Of a DNA stretch of 64,000 nucleotides, positions 9,988-19,297 are shown in pieces. Each line of letters begins with the position of its first letter. The first letter of the stretch is position 1. This DNA comes from Vulcanimicrobiota bacterium (lineage in GTDB: Bacteria; Vulcanimicrobiota; Vulcanimicrobiia; Vulcanimicrobiales; Vulcanimicrobiaceae). Location: contig CAVRQT010000003.1 in the NCBI GenBank assembly GCA_963723515.1, positions 102,010 through 166,009 of the forward strand, given 5' to 3'. A program made the translations under genes and the position numbers. Below the pieces are notes generated by a model, which saw only the letters and a list, made by a program, of their open reading frames with translations, did not search any database and was not told the DNA's origin.

Positions 9988-10418
9988 CGGCCGAGCACGA
10001 CGGCCGTTCCCTTGCCGGGCACGCTGCGGACTGCGAAAATATCGCTGCAGCGCTCCATGATGGGCAAGCCGCGGCCGCGCTCCGCAAACTCGTCGGGCAG
10101 CGGTGTCTTCGGCAGCGGATCCGTAATGAACCCGCGGCCCGAATCGGTGATCGTGGCCACGATCTTATCGTGTTCGATCCGGCATACGATCTCGATTGCG
10201 TCGCGCGATCCGGAATGTTCGATCGCGTTGGCAATCGCCTCGCCAAGCGCAAAGACGAAATCCTCGAGGTCGCAGATTGCAATGCGATGCCGATGCGCAA
10301 ACGCGATGACCTCATCGCGGGCACTCTTGCCGTAGCGAGCGTTCGGCGGAATGCAGACGCGGAGCGAAGGACTCTGCGTTCGCCCGTTGCCAAAGTGCGA
10401 TTCCGCGCGCTCCATCAA
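9969..10418 (-). CDS. anti-sigma regulatory factor / serine protein kinase (RsbW/SpoIIAB-like HATPase)
   Basis: 149 aa with LGEAIANAIEHSG (N box), ITDSGRGF (G1) and GRGLPIM...VPGKGTAV (G2), as in RsbW-type kinases. Confidence 0.7.
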   Translation of the reverse strand: MMERAESHFGNGRTQSPSLRVCIPPNARYGKSARDEVIAFAHRHRIAICDLEDFVFALGEAIANAIEHSGSRDAIEIVCRIEHDKIVATITDSGRGFITDPLPKTPLPDEFAERGRGLPIMERCSDIFAVRSVPGKGTAVVLGRYLRVR

Positions 10419-10523
10419 CCTAAGCAGTATCGCCCTTATACCCCTCGTACGGCGGATAAACGTGGTTCTACGGCTTTTTAGAGTCGAATGGCCTAATGCA
10501 TCGCAAAGCCGAATGAGCGATAC

Positions 10524-10802
10524 GTGACGGTAGATCGCGAGCGGTCCTACGTCTACGTGCTCATTTGTGCCGACGGTTCACTGTATACCGGTTGGTGTCG
10601 CGACCTGGATCGCCGGATGAAGGCCCACCGCGTTGGCCGCGGCTCAAAGTACGTCAGATCGCGGTTGCCGTGCCGACTGGCAACTTTTTGGGCGGTCGCA
10701 AACCCGTCCGTGGCCAAAAAAGAGGAGGCGGCTTTCAAACGGCTGCGGCGTCCGGCAAAGCTGCGCGCGTTGAAAGATAAGATACTCAAGCGCCGTTCTT
10801 GA
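10524..10802 (+). CDS. GIY-YIG nuclease family protein (small YhbQ-like)
   Basis: 92 aa with YVYVLICADGSLYTGWCRDLDRRMKAH...KYVRSR..., matching the GIY-YIG motif pattern. GTG start. Confidence 0.7.
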   Translation: MTVDRERSYVYVLICADGSLYTGWCRDLDRRMKAHRVGRGSKYVRSRLPCRLATFWAVANPSVAKKEEAAFKRLRRPAKLRALKDKILKRRS

Positions 10803-11661
10803 CATGCCAATAGACGGCATTTGCAATTGCGCCGATTCCGTGAAGCGCGCCGGCATAGTTCGTCAAGTATTTCGTCAACACGCATAAGATAAAAGGGGTG
10901 TCCCCAAAGGGATCGACGATCGCGGCGTCGTTACGGACGCCGTCCACTTCCCCGGTCTTGTTGGCGATTGGAACACTGGCCGGAATTCCGGCCGGAATTT
11001 TGTCGCGATCGGTTTGACCCAGCATGATGTCGATCATCCGCCGGCATGCGCGGGAAGAGGCGACCGTGTCGAGCCCTTCCCGCGAGCCGCGCTCGATCTG
11101 GTAGAGCAGCATACCGATGTCGCGCGGCGTCGTGACGTTCTCGTGATGGTGCACGATCGCGCTATAGTCGAGGAAATGGCGACGCAGATGCGTCTGTTCG
11201 AGCCCCGCGGCGGCGATCGTTTTATTGATCGATTCGAAACCGAAGTGAGTAATCAACGAGTTTGCGGCGCTATTGTCGCTGAGCCGGATCATCGGCACGA
11301 GGAGCTGCTCGACCGTGAAGCGTTCGCCGCCCCGCGCGCCGGCTAAGAACGGCGAACCGCCGACAAGGTCGGAACCCCGAATCGCTACCACGCTGTCGAG
11401 AGCGTTTGCGTGATGATCCTGAGCGCGAAACGCCGTGAGCATGATCAAGAGTTTGATGACCGATGCCGCAGGGAAGACGACCTGGGCATTGTACGCGACG
11501 AGCGCTGAACCGGGCGCCATCGTTCTGGCAAAGATTCCCGCCGCTCCCGGCATATCGTCAACGATCGCGCTGAGATTGAGTTCGTCGGCGCGGGCGCGCC
11601 ATGGAGGTATTGCAAAAAGCGCGGCGGTGGCGGAGAGGAACGTCAACCGATCCACACGCAT
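10786..11661 (-). CDS. class A beta-lactamase-like serine hydrolase, secreted
   Basis: SxxK (ASVIK), SDN (LSDNSAAN) and KTG (ANKTGEV) triad motifs. ATG 11661 (MRVDRLTFLSATAALFAIPP...) overlaps the stop of the upstream permease (TGATG). Confidence 0.7.
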   Translation of the reverse strand: MRVDRLTFLSATAALFAIPPWRARADELNLSAIVDDMPGAAGIFARTMAPGSALVAYNAQVVFPAASVIKLLIMLTAFRAQDHHANALDSVVAIRGSDLVGGSPFLAGARGGERFTVEQLLVPMIRLSDNSAANSLITHFGFESINKTIAAAGLEQTHLRRHFLDYSAIVHHHENVTTPRDIGMLLYQIERGSREGLDTVASSRACRRMIDIMLGQTDRDKIPAGIPASVPIANKTGEVDGVRNDAAIVDPFGDTPFILCVLTKYLTNYAGALHGIGAIANAVYWHVKNGA

Positions 11662-12455
11662 CAGCTGCCGGTTCCTTGATAGTGGTTGAGGCCGACGCGC
11701 CAAAACGCATACGAGACGGCGAGCCAAGCGATGCCGATCAGCGGGGTCAGCAGGCCAACTTGTGGCGCTAAGGAGAGACCGCTTTGCGCCTTATGCAAGA
11801 AGTACGTCGCCGGAAAGTAGTTCATGAACGCGAACGGCAGCACGAATGTGAGCACGAAACGCACGGCGCGCGTGTAGATGCTGATCGGATAGCGCGTAAA
11901 CTCCTGCTCCAGCGACATGACGACCCAGCGTAGCGTGTCGACGCGAACGAACCAAAAAGAGAGCGTCGCCACGACAAGTGAAATGCCGAGATCGATGAGC
12001 GCGCCGCCGATCACAATCAGCGGAACGAGCAGAACGAATGCCAGGTCAACCTGCACCTTTGTGTATTGCGTCGCGAAGATGAAGAAGACGATCCCGAGGA
12101 CCAGTTCGTCCGGCCAGATCTGCTGCGGCACGGTCAGCGTTTGAAAGAGCGTGTCGAGGGGCCGCACCAAGAAGCGGTCGAAACGGCCCTCTCGCACGTA
12201 TTCGGGAACGCTGACGATCGTAAAGAAGAACGTGTTATGGATCGCGTGGCCGAGCATCCAAAGCGCGTAGAGAAATGCCATCTCGCGAAAGTTCCAGCCG
12301 TTCATCGACGGGAATTGACGCAGCGTTACATAGAGTGCCGCGATCGCCGTTCCGTGGTAGACGAGCGTGAATGCGAGCCACATCAAGAAATTGGCGCGAT
12401 ACTCGAGCATCGTCAGGAAGTTGATGCGCCAATATTGCTTGTACGTCGCGAGCAT
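11661..12455 (-). CDS. ABC-2 family transporter permease (second permease of uncharacterized exporter)
   Basis: 264-aa polytopic membrane ORF. It resembles ORF 14152..14952 in length and N-terminal motifs (YRANF/YRMEV) and fits the ABC-2 type uncharacterized transport permease pattern. Confidence 0.6.
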   Translation of the reverse strand: MLATYKQYWRINFLTMLEYRANFLMWLAFTLVYHGTAIAALYVTLRQFPSMNGWNFREMAFLYALWMLGHAIHNTFFFTIVSVPEYVREGRFDRFLVRPLDTLFQTLTVPQQIWPDELVLGIVFFIFATQYTKVQVDLAFVLLVPLIVIGGALIDLGISLVVATLSFWFVRVDTLRWVVMSLEQEFTRYPISIYTRAVRFVLTFVLPFAFMNYFPATYFLHKAQSGLSLAPQVGLLTPLIGIAWLAVSYAFWRVGLNHYQGTGS

Positions 12456-12508
12456 TACGTCAAGAATCCATCACGATCTCAGCATCGACACGAGCGTCGC
12501 AAGCCACG

Positions 12509-13408
12509 GTGAGCCGTTCCGTGTTTCGTGTCGAAGTTCCGGTCAAGGAACCGTTCGATCTACGGTTGACCGCGCGGGCGCTGCAGCGCCTGGGAAACAA
12601 CGCCGTCGACGTCATCAGCGCAGACGGCACGTATCGGCGCGCGTTGCAGGATCGCGGTCATACCATTGCCGTGCGCGTGCGTCAAATTGCGCCGCAGGAA
12701 CTGGATGTCGCTTTCGCCGGCGCACGCACCGCTCGGCTCCTGCCGACGATCGAGCGGATGTTCGCTATCGACCTTCGGTTGCGTTCGTGGGAGACGCGTG
12801 TCGCCTCGATCCCATGGTTGCGCGATTTGGCCCGGGCGCACCGCGGATTGCGCCCGCCGCGCTACCCGACGCTCTGGGAAGCCGTCGCGCATGCGATCGT
12901 CTTTCAGCAAATCAGCCTGCATGCCGCGGCGGCGATCATGTACCGCTTCGTGCGAGCGTTGGCGACGCCGATCGAAGACGAGCGCATCGTTCTCTTTCCG
13001 TTTCCTGATGTTCGCGCGGTTGTCGAAGCACCGATGAACCAGTTGCAACACGCTGGACTGAGCGCGAACAAAGCTCGCGCGCTCAAGGAAGCCGCGAACG
13101 CTTTCGCGGAGCGCAAAATCAACGAAGCAACGCTGCAGCGGCTGCCGAGCGCCGAGGCAATCGCGGCGCTCAGCCGCTTGCGCGGGATCGGGCCGTGGAG
13201 CGCAACGGTGATCTTGCTGCGCGGGCTTGGGCGGCTTGACGTCTTTCCGCTCAACGATACGGGCGTCGCCGCGACGATCAAGGTGCTGTCCGGCAGCGCA
13301 ACCGTTGACCTCGATGAGCTGCTCTTGCGCTTAGGCGATCAGCGCGGCATGCTCTATTTCCACCTATTGATCGGGCGGCTGGCTCACGCAGAAAGGCTCA
13401 AGAAATGA
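12509..13408 (+). CDS. alkA: DNA-3-methyladenine glycosylase II (AlkA-like, HhH-GPD)
   Basis: HhH-GPD region LSRLRGIGPWSATVILLRGLGRLDVFPLNDTGV with the catalytic Asp. GTG start. Confidence 0.7.
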   Translation: MSRSVFRVEVPVKEPFDLRLTARALQRLGNNAVDVISADGTYRRALQDRGHTIAVRVRQIAPQELDVAFAGARTARLLPTIERMFAIDLRLRSWETRVASIPWLRDLARAHRGLRPPRYPTLWEAVAHAIVFQQISLHAAAAIMYRFVRALATPIEDERIVLFPFPDVRAVVEAPMNQLQHAGLSANKARALKEAANAFAERKINEATLQRLPSAEAIAALSRLRGIGPWSATVILLRGLGRLDVFPLNDTGVAATIKVLSGSATVDLDELLLRLGDQRGMLYFHLLIGRLAHAERLKK

Positions 13409-14127
13409 AAACGATTGCCCAAGGCGCGACCTTTACGATTCAGCGCTCGCAGCAACGATACTTTGCAGACCATGGGTGGCTGCAAACGTATCACTCGTTC
13501 AGCTTCGCGGATTACTTCGATCCGCACAACGTGCAATGGGGCGCGCTACGCGTTTTCAACGACGATCGCATCGCCGCCGCGCAAGGGTTTCCGCCGCATC
13601 CGCATCGCGACATGGAAATTTTGACGTACGTCCTTTCGGGCGAGCTCGAGCATCAGGACAGCATGGGAAATCGCGGCGTCGTGAGCGCCGGTGGCGTGCA
13701 ATTCATGAGTGCCGGCACGGGCGTCCGCCACAGCGAATTCAATCATTCGAAGAGCGATGAACTGCACTTGGTGCAGATGTGGGTCCTACCTGGAAGAGCC
13801 GGTACGCGGCCCAGTTATGGCCAGAAAGATTTCACGGCGGACGATCGGCGCAACCGGTGGCTCGTCATTGCCGGGGGCCAGCAATCTGTGGAGGCTCCGA
13901 TCGCCCTGACGCAAGACGCTACCCTACGCGTTGCAAGCATCGCGAATGCGTCGCTGAGGTATCAATTTGCGCCGAAGCGCTATGGCTTCTTGTTTGCCGC
14001 TGCCGGGCCGATCATCGTCAATGGCGAGACCATCAATGAAGGGGACGCGGTGCGTCTTTACGACATCCCGGAACTGGAAATCTCGGGCAGCGGCGAGATC
14101 GTTTTCTGGGATCTGCCCGCAGCGTAG
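13405..14127 (+). CDS. pirin family protein
   Basis: HPHRDMEILTYVLSGELEHQDSMGN and GGVQFMSAGTGVRHSEFN are classic pirin cupin motifs. ATGA overlap with alkA. Confidence 0.85.
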   Translation: MKTIAQGATFTIQRSQQRYFADHGWLQTYHSFSFADYFDPHNVQWGALRVFNDDRIAAAQGFPPHPHRDMEILTYVLSGELEHQDSMGNRGVVSAGGVQFMSAGTGVRHSEFNHSKSDELHLVQMWVLPGRAGTRPSYGQKDFTADDRRNRWLVIAGGQQSVEAPIALTQDATLRVASIANASLRYQFAPKRYGFLFAAAGPIIVNGETINEGDAVRLYDIPELEISGSGEIVFWDLPAA

Positions 14128-14151
14128 CGCCGCGAAAGTTCGGGCGGGAAG

Positions 14152-14952
14152 CTAACCGCCTTGGATCACGACGCGGCGTGACGCGGCGCGCCATACGAGC
14201 ATCGAGAGCAATCCAAAGAGTGAAAGCCACAGTGCTTGCGCGATGAAGTAACGCTCGTATTGCGCCGGCGGAATCAAACCGACGTAAATAAGCAGCGGCG
14301 TCGAGTAGATCGCCGCGAATGGAAGCGCGAAGAGAATGCGTCCGACGATGCCGGAAAAGAAGGTCAGCGGAATGACTTGACCGCTCAGCAGATCGGAAAC
14401 CCAGCGCACGATCAACTGCACGGCGAAGGTCTCCAGCGTCCAAAACGCGATGGCGTTCATCACAAAATTGACGAAGAAATTGACGAGATAGCCAAGGAGA
14501 AAGGAAAACGCAAAGGCGGCGGCTGCCTGCGGGGAGCGCGGCAGATCGATGTGCACGAGCAAGAGCGCGAAGATCAGGGAAGGGACGACGAGCAAGGCAT
14601 GCACCAGCGTTTGTCCGACGCCGTCGCTGAAAAAGTACATCGGCAGGCTGATCGGCTTCATCAGATCCGTGGCAATCGTGCCTTCCCGCACTTTCTCGCG
14701 AATCGAACGCGTCCCATCAACTTCCAGAATGAGCGACATGAGCAAGGCGACCGTCGCGTAGGTGATCATCGAGTGAAGCGGCAGACCGAGCGGGGCGACG
14801 TTTTGCGCGTAGAGCGCCGTCCAAAGCGAACGCAACAGGTAGACCCGTAGTACCAGCGAGACGACTTCCGTAAGGACTTCCATGCGATAAGTCGCTTCGC
14901 GCGCGAACGCCTTCTTGGCGAATTCGATGTACGGCTCAGCGCGAAAGCGCAC
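14152..14952 (-). CDS. ABC-2 family transporter permease (first permease)
   Basis: 266-aa polytopic membrane ORF directly downstream of the ATPase and LbH genes on the same strand. Confidence 0.6.
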   Translation of the reverse strand: MRFRAEPYIEFAKKAFAREATYRMEVLTEVVSLVLRVYLLRSLWTALYAQNVAPLGLPLHSMITYATVALLMSLILEVDGTRSIREKVREGTIATDLMKPISLPMYFFSDGVGQTLVHALLVVPSLIFALLLVHIDLPRSPQAAAAFAFSFLLGYLVNFFVNFVMNAIAFWTLETFAVQLIVRWVSDLLSGQVIPLTFFSGIVGRILFALPFAAIYSTPLLIYVGLIPPAQYERYFIAQALWLSLFGLLSMLVWRAASRRVVIQGG

Positions 14953-14958
14953 GCGGCT

Positions 14959-15732
14959 CTACTTTTTTTCGCGCTTCTCTCGTTCGAGGCCGGCTTCACG
15001 CCGATGTCGCGCTTCCTCAAGCTCGAGGAACATGACGTCGACGACTTTGCCGACATCGGCGGCTTGCGTCGGCGGCGGCTCTTGCGTCTTAGAAACCGGC
15101 GCCTTGACGGCCGCTTTCTTCGGCTGTTCGGGAATCACTGAGTCCTGCGCGTGCTGCAGGCGCAAGAACCTCGCGTATGTTTGTGCCGCCTTCTCGCGAA
15201 CGTCGTCGCTTTGCGGCAGATTGAAGACCGTTTCAAAGAAATTCATTTGGGCGTGGACGTCAGGCGCTTCGCGCGGCGGGTGGATCGTCGCCGGATCGCC
15301 GTAGGCGATGTGCTGCATGGGCACATGCTGTCCCGCGCGCACGTGCGTATTGACGTGAACGATCGCGCCCAGCGCAACGCTGACGCCTGAATCAACGGTC
15401 GCGCCGTTGAAGACGCGGGCACCGGAAGCGATGAATGCGCCGGGCTCGATCGTTGCTCCGACAAGGTATGCGCCGGGGCCGATGATGCAGCTTTCGCCGA
15501 TCGTGAGCGGAAACTGCATCGCCTTGCCGCCGCTGCTCTTCAGTACTGCATTCTCCATAACCACGCTATTGGCGCCGACGACGATCGGCGCGCCCTCGGC
15601 GGTGATCACGGCGCCGTGCAGGACGGCGCAATCTTCTTCGAGCGTCACCTCGCCGCTGATGACGGCGGTGGGCGCAACGTAGGCGTTCGCATGGATCTTC
15701 GGCTTCTTGGTGTTGCTGGAGACGATCATCAT
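14959..15732 (-). CDS. hexapeptide-repeat (LbH) gamma-carbonic-anhydrase-like protein with charged C-terminal extension
   Basis: Imperfect hexapeptide repeats run through residues 10-150 (IHANAYVAPTAVISGEVTLEEDCAVLHGAVI...). The last ~90 aa are Lys/Glu/Pro-rich (...EEARHRREAGLEREKREKK). Confidence 0.6.
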   Translation of the reverse strand: MMIVSSNTKKPKIHANAYVAPTAVISGEVTLEEDCAVLHGAVITAEGAPIVVGANSVVMENAVLKSSGGKAMQFPLTIGESCIIGPGAYLVGATIEPGAFIASGARVFNGATVDSGVSVALGAIVHVNTHVRAGQHVPMQHIAYGDPATIHPPREAPDVHAQMNFFETVFNLPQSDDVREKAAQTYARFLRLQHAQDSVIPEQPKKAAVKAPVSKTQEPPPTQAADVGKVVDVMFLELEEARHRREAGLEREKREKK

Positions 15733-15737
15733 TTACC

Positions 15738-16746
15738 TCATCTGGAGTGCTCGAGCAGCGGATCATCATACCCTTCGATGTAGATCCGTCGTATGATCGA
15801 TTCGAGATCGGGCTCTTCGATCGAGACGTCCGTAATCGGAAAACGTTCGCGCGGCAACGCGAATCAACTGGTCCGCTCGAACGCGTTCGCGATCGAAGCG
15901 AAATCGCGCCACGGCGCCCTCATTGGCAACGAGTTCTGCGTCAGGCAACTGCATGTCGTGACGTGGTTCGCTCATCGTCACCACGAGCGTCCGATGCGTC
16001 CCGTACTGCTCCTTGATCCGCTCGATCGGGCCGTCGTAAATGATCGTACCGCGGTCGATCAAGACGATGCGATGCGAGAGGCGCTCGACGTCGGCCAAGT
16101 CATGCGTCGTCAAAATGATCGTCGTGCCGCGCTGCTCGTTGATGGCGCGCACGAAATCACGGATTGCCTCCTTCGCGACGATATCGAGTCCGATCGTCGG
16201 CTCATCGAGGTAGATGATCTTCGGGTCGTGCAGCATCGCCGCCGCAAAATCGCCGCGCATGCGTTGCCCAAGCGAAAGTTGACGCACCGGCGTCTGAAGG
16301 AATTCTCCCATCTCGAGCACTTCCGTGAAGTGAGCTAAATTGGCAGCATAACGATCGCTTGGAATCGCATAGATTGCGCGCAACAACTCGAACGATTCGA
16401 TCAGCGGAAGATCCCAATACAACTGGCTGCGCTGACCGAAGACGACGCCGATGTGCTTTGCATTCTCTTGGCGGGATTGATATGGAACGCGGCCGTCGAC
16501 CTCGATCAGACCGGATGTTGGTACGAGGATTCCCGTCAGCATCTTGATCGTCGTCGACTTTCCCGCGCCGTTGGGACCGATGTACCCGACGAGTTCGCCC
16601 GGTTCAAGCGACATATTCACGTTGCGAACCGCGACTTTTTCGACATACTTACGGCTGAAAAGCGTCCGGATTGCGCCTGCCGGTCCGCTTTCGCGCTGAA
16701 CGGAGCGAAACGTTTTGCAAAGGTCGCGCGTGCGAATGATGGGCAT
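15738..16746 (-). CDS. ABC transporter ATP-binding protein (ABC-2 exporter ATPase); 3' end shifted by an extra base in an A4/T4 run at 15840-15843
   Basis: Walker A GPNGAGKSTT, signature LSLGQRMR, Walker B IIYLDEPT; start ATG 16746 (MPIIRTRDL). The ORF track ends at 15766. Removing one T of TTTT gives the family-typical tail FPITDVSIEEPDLESIIRRIY..., ending at TGA 15738-15740, 5 nt before the next start. Confidence 0.8.
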
Positions 16747-16791
16747 GGCAGGAGGCGCTATTCCACGCGCTGCAAGCGGTCCCTTAGCGAG

Positions 16792-17403
16792 ATGATCGTG
16801 ACCGTTTCGAATCAATACGGCGCCGGCGCGATCGAGATTGCGCGGCGCGCGGCGGCACAGCTGGGCTACCGCGTCATCGACCAAGAGCTTCCCGTCGTCG
16901 TCGCAAAGCGGCTTCATACCTCACCCGATGCCGTCAGCGCGAGCGAGGATACGAGCCGCAATCTCGGCGAGCGGTTGATCAGCGGTCTCGAACTGGCGAC
17001 GCCCGAGATTTCGCTCGCATCGCGCGAGCAGCAATCCTTCGACCGCGATTGTTTGCGTGAGGTGCAAGTCGCGGTGCGAGAATTTGCTTCCCAAGGCAAC
17101 GTGTTCATCATCGGCCGTGCGGCCTATGCGATCTTAGGCCGGCGCGATGACGTGGTGCGCGTCTTCATGTATGCGCCGCGTGAGTGGCGCATCGAGCGCA
17201 TCAGCGACGCAATGCAGGTTCCCCAGGCGCAAGCGGCAGCCGAAGTCGAACGCATCGACCGAGCGCGACGCGCGTACGTTCACGACTACTACCAGCTTGA
17301 GTGGGCCGACTCCAAACACTACGATCTGTGCATCGATACGGCGCGCTTCGGTCAGCAAGCAAGCGCGTCGATCATCGCCGGCGCGGTTCGTGGATGCGCG
17401 TAG
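16792..17403 (+). CDS. cytidylate kinase-like family protein
   Basis: ATG 16792 (MIVTVSNQYGAGAIEIARRAAAQLGY..IDQEL), then ...IIGRAA... and the C-terminal RARRAYVHDYY..., resembling the cytidylate-kinase-2-like family. Confidence 0.6.
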   Translation: MIVTVSNQYGAGAIEIARRAAAQLGYRVIDQELPVVVAKRLHTSPDAVSASEDTSRNLGERLISGLELATPEISLASREQQSFDRDCLREVQVAVREFASQGNVFIIGRAAYAILGRRDDVVRVFMYAPREWRIERISDAMQVPQAQAAAEVERIDRARRAYVHDYYQLEWADSKHYDLCIDTARFGQQASASIIAGAVRGCA

Positions 17404-18662
17404 CGCGCGAGCTGCCGGCGCTCCTGGAAGAGGCGCCTCCAAAGCGCGGGCCGGGACTCTTTGGTGCGCTGCGGTTTCACGACTTTCGGTTGTTGTGGAT
17501 GGGACTGCTCGTCTCGAATCTCGGCACGTGGATGCAATTTACGGCGATCGGCTACTTCGTCGTAAAGCTCTCGCCGACGCCGCAACTCGGATCGTTTTAC
17601 CTCGGTGTGCTCGGCATCGCGCGCGCGATTCCGGTGCTCTTAGCATCACCGATCGCGGGCGTCGTCGCAGATCGTCTGCCGCGACGGCGTGTGCTCTTTA
17701 TAACGAACTCGACGATTTCGGCGCTCGCACTGCTTTTAGCCGTGCTCACAAGCCTGCACAGGATCAACATTTGGGGGTTGATCACGCTGTCTATGCTCAA
17801 CGCGGCCGCGCAATCGTTCGACGTGCCGGCGCGGCAAAGTTGGGTGCCGCTGCTCGTCGACCGCGAATACGTCGGTAACGCGATCGGTCTGAATTCGATC
17901 GCCTTCAACGCGCCGGCGGTCATCGGGCCGGCGATCGCGGGTTTCTTGATCGCTTACGCCGGCGTTGCGGGGTCGTTTTACGTAAACGCGGGCGCGACGC
18001 TCGCGGTCGTTCTGGCGTTGCTCTTCATGCAATCGCCGGCGCCCTCGAGCACCGTAGCCGAGCCGCTGCTCGTTTCGATTCGCAACGGCATTGCGTTCTT
18101 GCTTTCGCACGCCATTCTGCGCTATGTCATCATCTTTTTTATGGTGAGCGCGCTCCTCGTGCGATCGTATAGTCTCGTGCTGCCGGCATATGCGTTGAAC
18201 TATCTCGGCGCCGACGCGAAGGGACTCGGTTGGGCGATCGCCGCGACCGGCGTCGGCGGATTCGCCGGTGCGCTCGTTACTGCGCTCTTTGGATCGCGCG
18301 ATCGACGCGGCGGATTGTGGTTGCTCTCTGCAAGCGTCATGGCGCTCTCCGTCTTCGCGTTGGGCTTCGTGCGCACGTTATGGATGAGCATTCCGGTGCT
18401 GATGGTAATCGGGCTTGCCACATTGGCGTTTATGGGCATGTCGAACATCTTGATTCAGACGCTCTCGCCGGATGCGGTGCGCGGTCGCGCGATTTCGGTG
18501 TACTCGATGCTTGCGCTTGGATTCGTACCTGCCGGCGCCTTTGTCATCGGCGGTTTAGGGTCGCTGATCGGCCTCGGACATGCCTTCATCGCCGCGGGGC
18601 TGGCAACCGCGCTCTTTGCGGTATGGCTGACCCTGCGCAGACCAATCATCAGAACGGTATAA
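17394..18662 (+). CDS. MFS transporter
   Basis: About 12 predicted TM helices. FRLLWMGLLVSNLGTWMQ and the DRLPRRRVL loop are typical of MFS (enterobactin-exporter-like) proteins. ATG 17394 overlaps the upstream stop. Confidence 0.75.
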   Translation: MRVARELPALLEEAPPKRGPGLFGALRFHDFRLLWMGLLVSNLGTWMQFTAIGYFVVKLSPTPQLGSFYLGVLGIARAIPVLLASPIAGVVADRLPRRRVLFITNSTISALALLLAVLTSLHRINIWGLITLSMLNAAAQSFDVPARQSWVPLLVDREYVGNAIGLNSIAFNAPAVIGPAIAGFLIAYAGVAGSFYVNAGATLAVVLALLFMQSPAPSSTVAEPLLVSIRNGIAFLLSHAILRYVIIFFMVSALLVRSYSLVLPAYALNYLGADAKGLGWAIAATGVGGFAGALVTALFGSRDRRGGLWLLSASVMALSVFALGFVRTLWMSIPVLMVIGLATLAFMGMSNILIQTLSPDAVRGRAISVYSMLALGFVPAGAFVIGGLGSLIGLGHAFIAAGLATALFAVWLTLRRPIIRTV

Positions 18663-18685
18663 GGAACCTCTGATCAAGTCCCACG

Positions 18686-18708
18686 CGGCCCATCCTCGGC
18701 CGTTTTTT
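18686..18708 (+). terminator. weak intrinsic terminator after the MFS gene
   Basis: cggcc (18686-18690), 7-nt loop, ggccg (18698-18702), followed by TTTTTT (18703-18708). Confidence 0.35.
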
Positions 18709-18830
18709 GCCGATTTCAGCGTTGCTGCGGCGGCCACAATGCGTGCTGCATTGCGTCCGTCCTCGCGCCTTGAACTCAACAAAAATCGTCACGAGGTTGA
18801 ACGACGGAGACTTAATCACAGGTTCCTATA

Positions 18831-18861
18831 GAAAAAAGCGAGCCGCGAAATGCGACTCGCT
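18831..18861 (-). terminator. intrinsic terminator after the basic-protein gene
   Basis: On the minus strand AGCGAGTCGC/GCGGCTCGCT form a stem (one mismatch) followed by TTTTTTC, 23 nt past the stop at 18884. Confidence 0.5.
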
Positions 18862-18883
18862 AAAGGCACTAAAGAGCCGGGTC

Positions 18884-19195
18884 TTAGGCCGCTGCCTTCC
18901 TCCGACGGCTCCTGCGGCGCGGTTTTGCGGATGCCGCTTTACGCGACGATTTGCGCCGCGTCGACGCCTTGCGAGCTTTCTTTCGTCCGCCGGACTTCCG
19001 TCCGCTTGATTTCTTGCGTCCGCTCGATTTCTTGCGTCCGCTCGATTTCTTACGGCCGCTCGATTTGCGTCCGCCCTTGCGTGCTGCTGAGCGCTTTGCG
19101 GTTGATTTGCGTCCGCCTTTTCTCGAACTGGATTTTTTCGACGAACTCTTCGCGCTCGATCTCTTACGTTTGGCTGCCATATTTCGTGCAGTCAT
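18884..19195 (-). CDS. Lys/Arg/Ser-rich histone H1-like / nucleoid-associated-type basic protein
   Basis: 103 aa composed almost only of K, R, S, G and A (MTARNMAAKRKRSSAKSSSKK...GRKKSSGRKKSSGRKKSSGRK...RRRSRRRKAAA). ATG 19195 is preceded by GGAGAAAGG. A terminator lies downstream. Confidence 0.6.
   Translation of the reverse strand: MTARNMAAKRKRSSAKSSSKKSSSRKGGRKSTAKRSAARKGGRKSSGRKKSSGRKKSSGRKKSSGRKSGGRKKARKASTRRKSSRKAASAKPRRRSRRRKAAA
19001..19069 (-). repeat. 18-nt in-frame tandem repeat (about 3.8 copies) encoding (S)GRKKS units
   Basis: tccgcttgatttcttgcg / tccgctcgatttcttgcg / tccgctcgatttcttacg / gccgctcgatttgcg, read directly on the plus strand. Confidence 0.9.
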
Positions 19196-19297
19196 CCTTT
19201 CTCCGGTCTGGTAAAGACCAGGGTTGTTGCCTCCTTTATACAGCAAACTAGCGTGTGCACGCAAGTTTTGGCGTTGCGCGACGGGAAGTGCAAGTGA

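Noticed and set aside
10524-10802. GIY-YIG gene as a homing endonuclease or mobile element
   Set aside because: It is a 92-aa stand-alone YhbQ-like protein with no DNA-binding extension, intron or intein context, or flanking repeats. No other mobile-element hallmark (IS, integrase, tRNA target) occurs in the window.
19001-19069. Short tandem direct repeats that might be a CRISPR array or minisatellite
   Set aside because: The units are 18 nt, contiguous with no spacers, in frame, and inside a coding sequence where they encode GRKKSS repeats. No cas genes are present.
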